DNA of 64,000 nucleotides, taken from contig NMRA01000194.1 of the NCBI GenBank assembly GCA_002633005.1, forward strand, positions 375,074 to 439,073, read 5' to 3'. Positions 11,601 to 24,051 of the stretch are shown here, one piece after another (position 1 is the first letter of the stretch; every line of letters starts with the position of its first letter). Origin of the DNA: Phoronis australis. Lineage: Eukaryota; Animalia; Phoronida. Both the position numbers and the translations under genes were made by a program. The notes beneath the pieces were generated by a model, which was given only the letters and a program-made list of their open reading frames with translations, did no database searches and was not told the DNA's origin.

Positions 11601-14600
11601 TCTGACAATTGGTATATGGGTAGATCTCGTCGAGTGGTCCCCGTTTCTAACTATGACTTTACCTTTCTCGAGATAATGGAGATTTACTGGTCAGATGACT
11701 TCTTTTATTTACTTATTTCTAGTTGCACTTTGCTGCCCTATCATTTGCGTGCTAGTGGTCTTATTTTTCGTCTGATCGACATGAAGTGTTCTCAATAGCT
11801 GGAGGATGCAAAATGGTGCTGTGATAGCCATTTTTTGAAGAGCTCCGTGATCCTTTGGCAGTCTTCTCAAACTTGGCTGCATGTACATAATCCTTGAAAT
11901 TGGCAAGTATTTCCTATGAGTGTGACAATGGCTGACCACCACGATTGATCTGACTACTACTATGCCTCCTAGTGGCAATTTTAGTTTTTACATTTTGTTT
12001 CTGTACCATCAGAGTTTCTTGACTGTTTTTCATGAAGTTTGCAAATAGGATTTTTAGAGACTACAGATCCTTTCCATTTCGGGATGGATTTGACACAACC
12101 TTGTGCCATTTTTAATGTTTTCGACTCTGGTTTTGGTCGTCTGTTTTTTCTCTGCCAAACTGCTCAGAGGGTCATCGTGAAATTGGCTGATGTGTTTTCA
12201 GTGACAAAAGCATGACTGATGATGTTTTTTTGGATAGGTGGAACTACTGAAGTATCTCCTGGTACAGGACTGTTTGCGGTGCTGTTGTGGGGGCATTTCA
12301 TTGCTTTGCGTTGCTCTTGTGAGCATGTCTGGATAGCTCAATGCGTATAAACTGGTTTTATTGTTTTCAAAATGTTAATTTGAAATTTCATGTGCCTTAA
12401 TAAGCATAGAAAGAAATAAACAGTTACTGTGGTGAGATAATGCTTCATCTTGGAGCATAAAATGGTACGCTTTGACAAGTCAACTCATGGAGCCCGATCT
12501 CTACCAAATAATGAGCTGTCAACCCTGATATCTTCTCTAGTTTAACTGATGATCAATTTGAGCCCTCTTGTAGGGATCTAAATCAAAATTGGTTTAGCTA
12601 TGGACGTGTGTATTTAGAGTCACTTCTCTGCAAAACAACGACTCACCACTGAAATAATGCATGTCCCAATGCAATGCACTCGTTATGAACCTGAAATTTG
12701 TCTAAGTGCCAGATGAACAGTTTATTGTGTTAATGTCACCACTGGTTTCAGATCACTAGCCAGCATCCGTACATTGAAAACTTCATTGGTGAGCCGCATG
12801 CCTATACTATAGACATCAACAACGATGATGAAGTGAGAAAGACGGTAAAGAAGATCCTCAATAATCCACCCGTAAGTGGACAATTGTACAGTTCAGTAGC
12901 AAAACAGTTAGTCATTAGATTCTATACAAGTTCAGCCCATTGCCCCCAAAACCTTCCATAAATCAATGTTTACTCTGCCTATTGAATGCATCAGTTGTGA
13001 ACTATGAAGTGGAAAGTCAATGTTAATCAGCGGTTAACAAGTCAAGTTCATTCGAATGCCATTTAAAATTGTCTTTTCAGTTCATGGTTCACGGTTTTTT
13101 CAATTCAAAGGTTCATCAGCTGTTAAATTTTCTTGCTGAAAAGCATCGTGAAGTTAATTTTCTAGAAATTCTAGGTTTAAAACTTTTGTAAATTAGGCCT
13201 TAGTTGTTCCCCACTGTTTATCACCAGGGTTGGGGTCTGATCTTTATTTCTGACATTGAACTCTGAATTGTTCCTGACCTTTCCACCCTACTTTGCTATG
13301 AACTCAAGTGTCTTCTGTTCTATGCTGAGTACACTGTAGTTTACCCGGTGAGTTTCTAGTCCAAATTTGCACTTAGTGATTTGAGCTGCAAACTTGAGTT
13401 AAAACTCAATCACAAAATTGGAGACACTTGTGTTGAGTGTGTGTTAAAGTAGAATGGAAAGTGTAAAAAATGATATTGATTTGGAGTTGAAAGATTAATT
13501 AGCCCCCTTCCCTTCGAATCTGAAAGATAACACTTAATCAAGCCTTGCCTACCATAACAATAGGTCAACCTTGAGCACATGAGGTATTGAAGCCAAGGCT
13601 TTTGATGTTGTGAGGATTTAATTTTCCTGGTCTCTGGGGTTACAAATCCATTTTTTCCCATACAAATGTGTGCAAATTATGTAACTGAAATATTTTTCTC
13701 ATGAAATGCCTCATCCATATGTAGGAACTCGGTCTTGTTCCAGTGGGCAATACTGAGAACTACATTACCGCAATGCCCCATCAGGTGGCAATACTGACTT
13801 GACAATCTCAAGTGTAAAAGGGCATGGTAATCACCCGTCTACTAACTCCCATTTACCCATCCTTGTGTTTACCAGTTTACTTCCACTATGGCATTGTTGG
13901 AGAATGCCATGTGGTCCTGATTGCAGTGGAGTCACTGGGTTGTAGTTTTGTCTTGCTGTGCTGTAGAAGTCATTACAAAAACCTCTCCTTTGGCTTCAAC
14001 TGCAGGGCATAAGGGTTAAGTCCAGGTTAAATCCAGATATCTATGGTGTCCACTGTTTAGTGTTCCAGTGGCCTTTTGTCTGGCATCACAACTCCTAGGC
14101 CAACTGTCTTCCATAGTTTAGAGGTACTAAAACAGGTGCCAGAGAACTGAAACCTAATGCATCTATTTTGGCTGATTTTTATCACATTTCTTTGGCTAAA
14201 AATTGACCCAACTTTTCTTGAACAATTCATTTTTAGAAGCCAAATTATTTGAAAAATCTCCAGTTTTAGTCCAGGAAATATCAATTTATTTTAGCCAGTG
14301 ATACATTACCGCGAAGTCATCGCTAATGCGGTAATTGCTTTGCTCCACACAAAATGATGTTAGATCAGCACTCCTGATACACAGGGTTCTTGATGACAGA
14401 GGCTCTTGTACAAATCTTTTGACAAAGTACAAGGTGCTGTGAAACAGGCTGAATTCTGATTGTGTAACACAATTTTCATGTTGCTTTTAGTTTGTGTGTA
14501 TGTGTGTGTGCGTGCGTGCGTGCACGCGTGCGTGCGTGCACGCGTGCGTGCACGTGTGCCATGTTAAAGCAGATAGAAATCTGCGCTGTGTCTAAGAAAT

Positions 14601-17600
14601 TGGTTTCAAACTTGTTCCTAGTTCAGATGAGAAGTAACCTTTTGTCAGTACATAACATGCCCCACCAATACACTCTGTGATGTAGAGCCTGATATCAAGC
14701 AACGATTGGTTAGTTCCTTTGAAGTCTTGAAATCACCACTAATTTGACTAAGGGACAATTTGAGAACTCAATTTCGTAAGTGACCTAAATCGGGGAAGGC
14801 AGGTTTATTTCCACGTAGAGTGCAGAAACACGAATTCTAGGTAACCAGGTTCAGTCTTCAACACCAATGATGTCGGTGGTTCTTTTTGAGCTGAGCTCAC
14901 CAAGGCCAGACCAGTTTTGATAGCACTAAAGCTCCGTCCAAACACAGACTTAACCTGGAACAAGTTGCACCAGCTCAATTTGCCCCACTTTAAGTGAAGC
15001 GTTTACACACACACATCCAATAGCTTGTAGTACTGGTGTTAATATCATCAATAATTGAAAAATATTTTACAAATGACAACTGAACCAAATATATAGCACA
15101 AGTCATAAACATTTTCGTCAAATAGTGTTTAAAATAATTTTATTTTTAACAAACTTGTTAAAAATTATGGTGAAAACAGTGTTTAGTGCAAACAGCATCC
15201 TAAATGATACCGCAGCCTCATTTGGCCAATTGCTATTGAATGAATCCTTGCTTTCATGGTAAACTTAGCACTATGCCAAACACGGAAATCCTAACCCCCC
15301 TGGTAAGTCATGGCTATTTGTCCTCTAATTCGTTATTTAATGTTAAATTTGTTCCATATGTTGATTAATTTATAATTGCTGCTATTTTACATGTAATAAA
15401 ACACACTTTAATAAGTTCAAATTTCTTCGCAATTGCGCAACGACATATGTACAGATGCTGTCACTTAACCCTCTGAGGATTCCGGTAAATACTGTCTTAA
15501 AAATAGTTCAAATGCTTCACCCTCATTTAAGTCGGCTTGCATATCACGTATCTCAATACAATAATCCAGTTATTGTCATGTACATTACATATCCAAAAGT
15601 TAGTGTTCTCGTCGAAAGCAGCGGATTGGGGATTGAAGTGTTTGATTTTGTGACATTGATGCGTGGAAGTTTTTAGCATACAGGGGTCAGTTGAAGGTAG
15701 GAATGGTTCAGATTTGCCATAATAAGTGCGTGTACCCTCCCTAGTATCTGGGAAGCTAACGGAGTGTTATCGGCAAGAAAAGTTGATTTTCTGAAATTAG
15801 CCTAAGCATGGAATCAAACGAGAAAACCCCCAAGGTCACTGTAATACTGTGCTGGTGGAGATACAGCCCACTTGACAACTGATAAATGTCACTGGCCTTC
15901 ATTACAGACAATGTGGCGAAAATTGACGATTTGTAATAAAATCTTGCTTTGTAGCTCTGATTAAAGTTAATAACTTTACGAAGTCTATAGGATATAATCG
16001 ATTGGTAATCCCAAAAATATGTTTTACAGCCGTGATAATGTCCTTTTAAGGAGCAATAAGCCTGTGCCTCCTAGTGCGTCAAAAACAACCTAGGAGTTAA
16101 ATAACTATTATAAAATTAATCAATCTTGTTGATTTTTAACGTATTTAGAAAAGATTTCTGGACTTGAGAAGACCGGACAGTTTAGTGATTGCTTCAAACC
16201 AAGCCCGTTAGGTTGCTTGTCACCAATTTCAATTCAAACAAAGTATAAAAGTGCGGCGACGTTGCATTGGAGGAAACCTATGCCTGTGAAGAACGTCAAT
16301 GTGTTGATGAACGTTTATGTTGGTGACACGCAAATATTGTTTGTAGCTGGTTTATGTGTTGTCCTACAGGTCGTCGGCTACATGCCGTTTGAGTTCACAG
16401 AACAAGGTATGATACAGCGGATGAACGCTTACATCGAGCGACAAGACTTCTGCCAAGGTTTGGAGAATTGGGTGCCTAGCAGTGCTGTGACCATAGAACT
16501 AGGTCCTGTTGGCAAGTCTTGCAAGATGGTGTGTCAGGAAAAGGGTAGGTCACCTGGCTAGGCTGTAGTCATGTAACTTCTGGCTTTATTGGGATTGTTC
16601 AAAATGGCCTCATTGCGAAATACTGCAACGCTTTCTCTGGTACTGCTGTATTTTCCCTAAATTTTCTAGGTCTCGTTATGCACCTGCACTGTGGGATGAG
16701 TATCCCGATTTCTCTGATCAGCTAGCAAGTCGTAAAACAGCTGTGACAGCGACAGTGAGGGGAGAAATGTGGCGAATCAATGTTTACATAGTCCAGCTCT
16801 CTCATTGTCTGCGTCATCTGATAAGGTCAAGGTCATGCAATGCAGCCATTAAGGTGTCAGCAGTCAAGAAATAATGTCTCCAAACAACGTTCAATAAATG
16901 TGAAGAAAATGTGTTTTTTTACCAAAAAACTTTGAATGGAGGAAAACGGATGACTTTCACAGAAATTAGACTTGTCTTTCAGCTGCTGATTCTTTTGTGT
17001 TAGTGTAAGCTTTGACCTGCTTACTACCACAAGATTGTGTAGCAACACACCAATAGGTCTTTTTGTCAAGTGTAATCAAACCTAATTCTAGATCAGATCC
17101 CGGTGTTAGAAATTTCTTGGTTTTAACAGTCCAGGCAAATGGAACGTAACGTGTTGGGCAGTTGTCCACAGGCGTATGCTTTTGCTGTTTTAAAGAAATT
17201 TATTTTGACATTCGTAATTCTAATGCTAGGTAAATAAAAGTGTTGCTGCTGCACAGTCAGCAAGTTGTAAACACTGACTTGCCTCTTGAGATGCACTGTA
17301 GCTCTTAGTTGGTCCAGCTTGGAAACATTTAGGGGCCCAACTTAGTCATTCACGCGTTTTTCTTCTGCGAAAGAACCGAGTTCAGATCGTGATATGGTAT
17401 TTATCACAATTTTTACTAGACAAAGTGTACGAAGTGTATGCTTTAGGTGGTGTAGGCTTGCTGGTAGCAGATCCTTAATATGTAAAAAGGCAAAATTCAA
17501 TGATTGCAGACTCTGAGCTTTTTACTGTAGAACTGGATTGAATACCGGCATCTTAATTTGTTCCAATTAGTCTTTACCAGCTGTTGTATTATCACTTACT

Positions 17601-18178
17601 GTTGTAATATCACTTGCTGTAATATCACCTGTTCTGAGGAGTGGGGACTTGTATATTAATTAGTATGTGGGTGCCATTTGGCTGATTCTATTAACATAGC
17701 CAGTGGCATATAAATACCGACCACGTCTTTGCTACAAATGGTCAAACATTTTTTTAGATAAATATGGTTGCATGATCTTCGTTCATGATCATGTATGGGT
17801 GGCCAGCAAGGTCATACGTCACAAGAAAATGCGTGTCCACTTACAGCAAATGTATTAATCTAAAAAGCATTGGGCTGATGCGAAAAATATAAAATGTGGA
17901 TAACAACTTATTCCCCAGGTCTCTGGTGTGAGCCCTCGCACTTCCAAAGAATCAACAACGAGACATTCTTCGCCCAGGCAGGAATCAAGTGCAGTAGCAT
18001 GTCCCCCGAGCAAGATACACACTACCCCGCCTATAGGCCAACAGATGGCCTGTGCATTGTGCAGACAGAGCCACTTTTGTTCAGCTGTGTTACGCAAAGG
18101 TCGGAACTACAGCGTCTATGTCCTTGCAGAGACTTCATTCGGGGACAAACGGCACTCTGTCACAGTTGTCTGTTATGA
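2558..18178 (+). CDS. MGAT5: Alpha-1,6-mannosylglycoprotein 6-beta-N-acetylglucosaminyltransferase (GnT-V), 3' part of spliced gene; 5' exons lie upstream of the window
   Basis: Eight GT-AG exons join in frame: 2558-2660, 5992-6132, 7264-7397, 8963-9249, 10823-10969, 12752-12871, 16370-16544, 17919-18178 (stop). GT18 motifs: GGPLGELVQWSD, DSFGTEPAFN, PHSPDNSFMGF, GFPYEGPAPLEAI, SQHPY, CPCRDFIRGQTALC. Confidence 0.95.
3530..3954 (-). mobile_element. Old non-autonomous TTAA-flanked (Kolobok-like) repeat end; inner boundary approximate
   Basis: Ends ...gttccaaagttagccaaa...ggtcctgcataacc|ttaa; related copies near 25211-26300, 57400-57783 and 60469-61100. Confidence 0.55.
5992..6132 (+). CDS. 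MGAT5: MGAT5 exon (YIDEILG...CPSRGKSHVDLIYTDINGL...)
   Basis: ctag acceptor, ag|gtattg donor; DLIYTDI motif; phases match neighbours. Confidence 0.88.
7264..7397 (+). CDS. MGAT5: MGAT5 exon (CLLRIVDSFGTEPAFN...QFFTMF)
   Basis: tttcag acceptor, c|gtacgt donor; DSFGTEP motif. Confidence 0.92.
8963..9249 (+). CDS. MGAT5: MGAT5 exon (PHSPDNSFMGFV...LRSSK)
   Basis: ttacag acceptor, aag|gtaaac donor; lies within ORF 8941..9267. Confidence 0.92.
9730..9802 (-). mobile_element. tRNA-derived SINE head or tRNA pseudogene
   Basis: Minus strand has A-box TGGCTCAGTGG and B-box GGTTCGAGTCC at tRNA spacing; acceptor stem pairs poorly. Confidence 0.6.
10823..10969 (+). CDS. MGAT5: MGAT5 exon (IFVGMGFPYEGPAPLEAI...KGKPTLRD)
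   Basis: gtag acceptor, gat|gtaagt donor; highly conserved GnT-V motif. Confidence 0.94.
11315..12320 (-). mobile_element. Degenerate copy of the Helentron-type non-autonomous family; left boundary approximate
   Basis: End gcatttca...tgcgttgctcttgt is the reverse complement of the terminus at 35216; internal tgcctcctagtggcaatt motif is shared. Confidence 0.55.
12752..12871 (+). CDS. MGAT5: MGAT5 exon (ITSQHPYIENFIGEPH...)
   Basis: tttcag acceptor, ccc|gtaagt donor; SQHPY motif. Confidence 0.92.
14493..14558. repeat. (TG)n/(TGCG)n alternating purine-pyrimidine microsatellite
   Basis: tgtgtgtatgtgtgtgtgcgtgcgtgcgtgcacgcgtgcg... Confidence 0.9.
15465..16100. mobile_element. Possible piggyBac-like non-autonomous element
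   Basis: TTAA|CCCT at 15465 and AGGAG|TTAA at 16100; TIR match is weak. Confidence 0.3.
16370..16544 (+). CDS. MGAT5: MGAT5 exon (VVGYMPFEFTEQGMIQRMNAYIERQDFC...)
   Basis: ctacag acceptor, g|gtaggt donor; PFEFT..GM..R...YIE.QDFC motif. Confidence 0.92.
17919..18178 (+). CDS. MGAT5: MGAT5 last coding exon (GLWCEPSHF...LCPCRDFIRGQTALCHSCLL*)
   Basis: ttccccag acceptor; Cys-rich GnT-V C-terminus; TGA stop. Confidence 0.94.
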
Positions 18179-20087
18179 TGGACTGTTGCCGTGGTGATGT
18201 ACAATGTGATTCATTTCGTGAACATTTGCTTGTGATTCATCTGTCATATTCGTTGTCATCATTAACTGTTATTCAAATGTTGTCTTAGTGACAGTGAGTG
18301 TACACTATCAGCATTTAAGAGGGCATTTGCACAATTATGAGATGGTTATATATATGTGTAAATTCTAATGTATGCTACACTGTAAATAGTGGGTGAGCAT
18401 TACCTGAAAATTATATCTAAGAAAATGACATGCTGTGCTTCATGAGAACTTAGAACAAATGCAAAGAAGATCCAACTAATTAATTAATTTCTTTTAAAAA
18501 AAGGTGAATGGAAAATTTAGCAAGCACTTTTCTTTTAACAAAAGCGCGAACCTATAGCTGATGGTGCTGTACTCTCAACACGCGTTAGTTTGCCAATGGT
18601 GCTGTATTCTCAATGGCAAGTATATTGCCAACATGACAATTTATGTAATCATCCAGTAACTGTGCAATGGCCTTTTCTAGTTTGAGAGTGTGATTTGTTG
18701 GTGTTATATTTAGATTGCTGATATGTGACCCACCACGACAAAATGAGTCTTAAGTCGGAAACTCAATTTCCTGACAAGACTGCAAACAGTAGCTATCGGT
18801 TAAAATTAGGTCAAATTATTTTTATTGCAGATTATGATTATTTATTCATTTTACTCCACAAAACAATACTTTAAAACGATCAAACTTCATTTTAAACCTT
18901 ATTTATTTCATTTTGAAAAACATCACCTTCTCCACGACTGCATATCTCGTGAAATTTTCATCGAAATTTGCCGGTTTTCGTGTCCTCATTGATCAGTCTT
19001 CCGATGACCCAATTTCGCTCGTAAACACATCAACAGAAAGGTCAAACTCTGCTCATTATGCATGTAGTAATCTCTTTGAGTTTTTCGTCCAATCATAAGT
19101 CGTTATTTCACTTTTTGCATTCGGGGTATTTTCAACAGAAGNGCAGACTTTTTGTTTTTGATTATATGTTGCGGTTGGTTAACTATACATTTAGTGACCC
19201 TAAATTTTCTTGGAGTTTTTAAAGAGTGTCTCAAACTTTGCACATGCATTTTGTCGGCTCTATTTGTTAATCTAGAAATTAATTTTGTCGCTTGGCACGA
19301 TCAGGGCGATGCATTTGTTTTTTGTGTTCACACTACAGTTCAAGCAATTTCAAGTCTGTGTGGCCATGTGAATGGGTATTCCTTACTTATTTAGCGCTCG
19401 ATATCGCCAACACATGAAAGTCTTTACTTGTCAGAAATTCTCCAGGAAAATAAAGATTGTGAAAACTGTAGTCGATACTAGCTTGGTTTGTATTGTATAT
19501 AAGATGTCATAAAGTAACATTTGGCAAAGTTTCCACTTTTTGTAGCAAGGGGTAATCAGCCTTTGACAATCAAAAATGAGAATTTTGGTATTTATTTTTA
19601 TGCAAATTATATGGAGTATTATCAGTTTTGTTGAAACGCTAGATATTGGGATAATAACATATTGCTGGGTTTTCTACAAAAGTTGCTACATGTTCAACCC
19701 TGTATTACTGTGGGTAAGCAGTGTTTATGCGAATCTAATGAAACTAAATTTTGTCAAAACTATTGTTCCAAAGTTAATGCGACAGTTGAATTTTATTTTG
19801 CTTAGTTGAAATCATACAATCCTATTAATATTGATTTCTGCATTTCGTGTGACAATAACTCTGCTCTAAATCAACTAAGTTCTGATTTGTGTCGCTTAAT
19901 GGTGTAAAAATGGTCGCTTGTTGCTTAGCAACATTTGAGCTGATCTCTGAAATTAATTTTTCAGTTCTCTTGTCATTTTATATGTGGAGCATGGGTCTGG
20001 AACAATAACTGTTAATTCTTTGTCAGGGTATGGAACAGATTGAGACCAGTTCTGTACCAGTGAATGGTCTAAATTGAAACTTGAAAG

Positions 20088-20720
20088 TTTTATGCGCCCA
20101 CATGTACTTGCATGCGCGCATATTGCCGTCCTCTCTGTCTGGTGACCAGTGTCCAGTATCTGCTGCAGTATCTTCTAAATCTTTACAGGATGTTTATTAT
20201 CCTCCGTTGAAGGCAAAGGGACTATAGTGATGGTAGGTGTCATTTTGTGTCTTCGGTTCTGTGATTGCATCTGTTCTTGCAAAGAAACGTCCTGTGTCCA
20301 TTTCTTATCGGATGTCGACTTGTAAAGTACCATACGGCATTATCACTGCCGTTTTGCATTGGCCATTTTTAAATTATTTTTATGTCCGTTTTTGGCGTGT
20401 CTCAATTTCTGCCAAGTTCTTTGATGGATTTTCACGAGGTTTGGCATATGTGTTGCCATCAAGGAAAACATGATTGGTGTTTATTTTTGGACATGAACTG
20501 TGGCGCCCCCTTTATTGCCACATTGTCATGTCTGCCGATTGAGGAAGCACATTTTTTCTTTTTCATTATATATTTATCACTGGCGATGTATGGGGTGGAT
20601 GCGCATTGATACTCTGACAGGTTTATGGCGGAGTGAAGCGAACTCATGCTTTGATACTCTGACAAGGCAGGTTTATGGCAGAGTGAAGCGAGCTCGTGCA
20701 TTCCACACTCAGGTTGTTTG
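20088..20720. repeat. Fragments of Helentron-type non-autonomous repeats
   Basis: 20088-20140 is the reverse complement of the hairpin end at 37385-37431; followed by related degenerate sequence and a short duplication (tgatactctgaca...gagtgaagcga x2). Confidence 0.5.
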
Positions 20721-21670
20721 CAGTATTCTTATTAAGGTGTTGCATGATGATGGTTATATTATATAGGACACAAGCTGGTTAATTTTGTTCCAGTTTTAAG
20801 ACTTGTTTTGTGACTGGCTCGTTCTCTTGAACTGTACAATTTGAATTAACAATTGGCGCATTAATTGAAAGTTTTACAGTAAAATAATTTGTTTTATGGT
20901 TTATGATTGGCGTTTGTTAACCAATTTTTTTCAGCTCGTAAGAGCAAGCATATTGTGCACTCTGGTCATTCAAATTTCCACTCAGCTATGATGAACTTGA
21001 AACTTTATCTTGTATTGCACCAGAAATTCAAAATTTGACTATTTTTGTGCAATGATTCGATTTTATTGCAGTGTATAGAACTTACACAGTACTTACCTTT
21101 GTACCTCATCTTTACGTACTCTAGAGCCTGATGTCTGCTACTCTATAGCCTGATGTCTGCGCACAAAATTTTACTCCAAGTTTGCACATTGGTTCTCCAA
21201 TCTTGCAGGTACTGCACAGGTTGCAGGCACACAATTGGCCTTTAGGAGATACATATCAGTAAAAAACCCCTCGTTTCCTATTACTGCATTTACCTGTCTG
21301 AATATTGGCCATGCATCATATTGCATTTGTAAGGTAGAAAGCTTTAAAGGTGTTTTACGTTTTAACTTTGTTTAAAATAGGGTTGAACTTGAAATCCTCG
21401 AAAGAGCATCTGTTTCAATATCGTAATTACCCCGCAATGTTTCACTAAAAGATGGCAATTATAGCGGTGGTATTGTGAAATAAGTCAGTAAGTTGATGTT
21501 TCTTCTTCAATAATAAGTAAGCACTTTGTATCATACACCATTCAAATGCAGTTGCATACTTAAGGGTAAAATCGCACCGATTTGGGACACAATATGGCCG
21601 GCAGTTGATATTTTATCTCATTTTTATCCAAGATGTACAGCAAAAAATGTTTTACGATTTTGAAGTTTGA

Positions 21671-21830
21671 GGAGGCAGTGTGGCCTAGTGTGACAAGTGT
21701 CGGCTTCATTTACTCAAAGTTGTGGATTCGAGTCCCACTGGGACACATTGCTAAACCCTCGAGTCAGGTCTCTTGCTCATTGGCTCAGTTTAAACTAATA
21801 CTTCAAAATGGTGCCAGGTGATCAATGCAA
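21671..21830 (+). mobile_element. tRNA-derived SINE fragment
   Basis: A-box TGGCCTAGTG, B-box GGATTCGAGTCC, then non-tRNA body. Confidence 0.55.
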
Positions 21831-23261
21831 TGGGCACGCCTGAGTATAACATGCACTGGGCCCTGTTGCATTTATTTTTAAAAATATTTTTATGTTCCAG
21901 TTAGGTACAATATCTACAATAACACAAAATTTTGAAAACTTCTAGGCACTCGTAAAACTGCAAGTAGACCATGGAAATGAGAAAAATGCAATTTCGGCAA
22001 TCATTGCTGTCTGAAATTGTTGAGATTTTACATTTAATTTTGTTCACTATTAATTGTTCTTGTTGAATAAATGTTTTAAACATCAGTGCTCTTGTGAAAA
22101 TTTGGTCTAGTGTCAAAATTGACATTCTTCACTTGGGATTGTTATACAAAGCAGCCTCATTCTGTTCCCCCTCCCCCGGTATTGCCCGTGCAGCTGAACC
22201 AAAACCACCCACGCCAGTTAAAAAATTAACAGAGGTGATGGACATGGCGCCATATGTAGTTTTTCATACATAAGTCTTCGCCTGTGCAGACAATATTGAC
22301 AAATGATGTGCATTATCAATTGAACGCGATGTGATTTGCTAATTTTAGAGTCCAGTCTCTAGTAAAGGTTGATTGCGGATGCCAAGAAAACAGTCTATAG
22401 CAGCGTTAATCTGCGTTACAGAAAACAATTGATATTTTGGATAAAAATCGAAGTAAAAGGGGAGCCCCTCGTGCAATCATGCGACGTTTTAAAAAGGTTT
22501 CCTCAAAGTATTGCAAGAACTGCATAAATCATAGTATCTATTTGAATCACAACGACCATTTGAGGAAACTCGAGTTTTGAAGTAACCTAAATATAGACTT
22601 TTTCTTTGGATTACTCATATTATATTTAAAGCATTCCTTGAACAATGTATTGTTAGTTCAGATAGTCCCAGCAATACTTTAGCAATTTAAGATGACACTC
22701 AAGTGAGGTGAAGTAATCTTTCCTGCCATAATGACTTAACATGAAAGTTGGAGAGTAGTTATGTTAAATGGGGTCTAAATGAACACCATTTTATAAGGAT
22801 TTACCAAGTGACAATGTATGAACGAAAGTGAATAAGCCTGACAGTTGATTACATTTGGCAATATATGGCATTAGTGTGCTCACAGTGATGTTCAAAACAT
22901 TGCGCCAACCAAATGCACATCTGTTAACGTTCGAGATAAGCTTTAATCACGAGAACAGTTGCAAGGCGAATGTACAGTTCTATCTACTTGCCTAGACAAC
23001 AGAAACAGCAGGTACACGTACGTGCCTACTGTCACTCATGGACTCGGCCCTCGATTCTGGGAGCCTATATCGGGTTCCATTCCCCTCTAAAAAATATTAA
23101 AAAAACATGCGAAATTGACCTCGTGCGGTACAAAAATTCACCTCAAGTGATTGAAAATTTCCCTAAAAACCTCGCTGGTTCCATTTGCTTGAACTGTGCA
23201 AGCTCAACAGTGAGGCATACTTTAAAATGAAAACATTATTCAGTTTTTGTATAAGACATAA

Positions 23262-24051
23262 CTACGAGTAGCTATCATCACCAGTAATACTATACATTGC
23301 AACATTGCGCCGTTTAAATTTTTTTACTTTTGGTTCCCCAATAACTGGTGACTGTGACTTGACTGGCTCAGATTCAACATCAGTATCAACTACACTCGTT
23401 GCCACCTTAGATGGCGAATCCAACGATACATTGTCCTGACCTCCACTGTCCTTCAGCTGTAAACTGTCCATGTTTTTCTCTGAACAGCCGTCTGGTAATG
23501 GGGCCGAGGCCAGGTTATTGTCCAAGTCCGGTGACTTGGGCGCGTCTGACTGACTGTCCTCACCACTGCCCAGGGGCACTGCATCTTCGTCAGTGGAAAG
23601 GCACGAGCTCTCCAATGTGTCGTTCTCCAAGCTAAATGAGGTAATGAATGACGAATAATTAGCACTGGAATCCTCATCACCATCCGACACGACATCATCA
23701 TCGTCATCATCATCCTGGTCTTTCGATTCCTCCACACCAACATCATCACCAGCCTCATCATCATCATCGTCCAACGCAATCTCATCAGGGTTGATGGACG
23801 TGTCTTGCACACTGCCACCTAGTGTTGATGGTAGTCCGGTGACGACACTGAGTGGATCAGTAATGTCTAGCATCGCACAAAGCAGTGATGTCTGTGGGTT
23901 GATTTTGTGAGCCGGACCCTTGCATCCTGCCTTAGGTGTGGCCGGGTCATAGACTGGGGCGGTCTGTTCAAAGTTGTCAGGGATGGACATGTCACCACCA
24001 AAGTCATCAATTACAGATTTCATTTCCTCATCAGTCACTGTGAAATCCCAT
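23262..24051 (-). CDS. DBR1: DBR1 last coding exon (WDF...NPQT...acidic tail...KKFKRRN)
   Basis: tttttacag acceptor; lies within ORF 23262..24128; NPQT and NPDEIAL motifs. Confidence 0.93.

Noticed and set aside
23411-23818. Overlapping ORFs, including a Met-rich one
   Set aside because: Alternative frames of the DBR1 Asp-rich (gat)n exon
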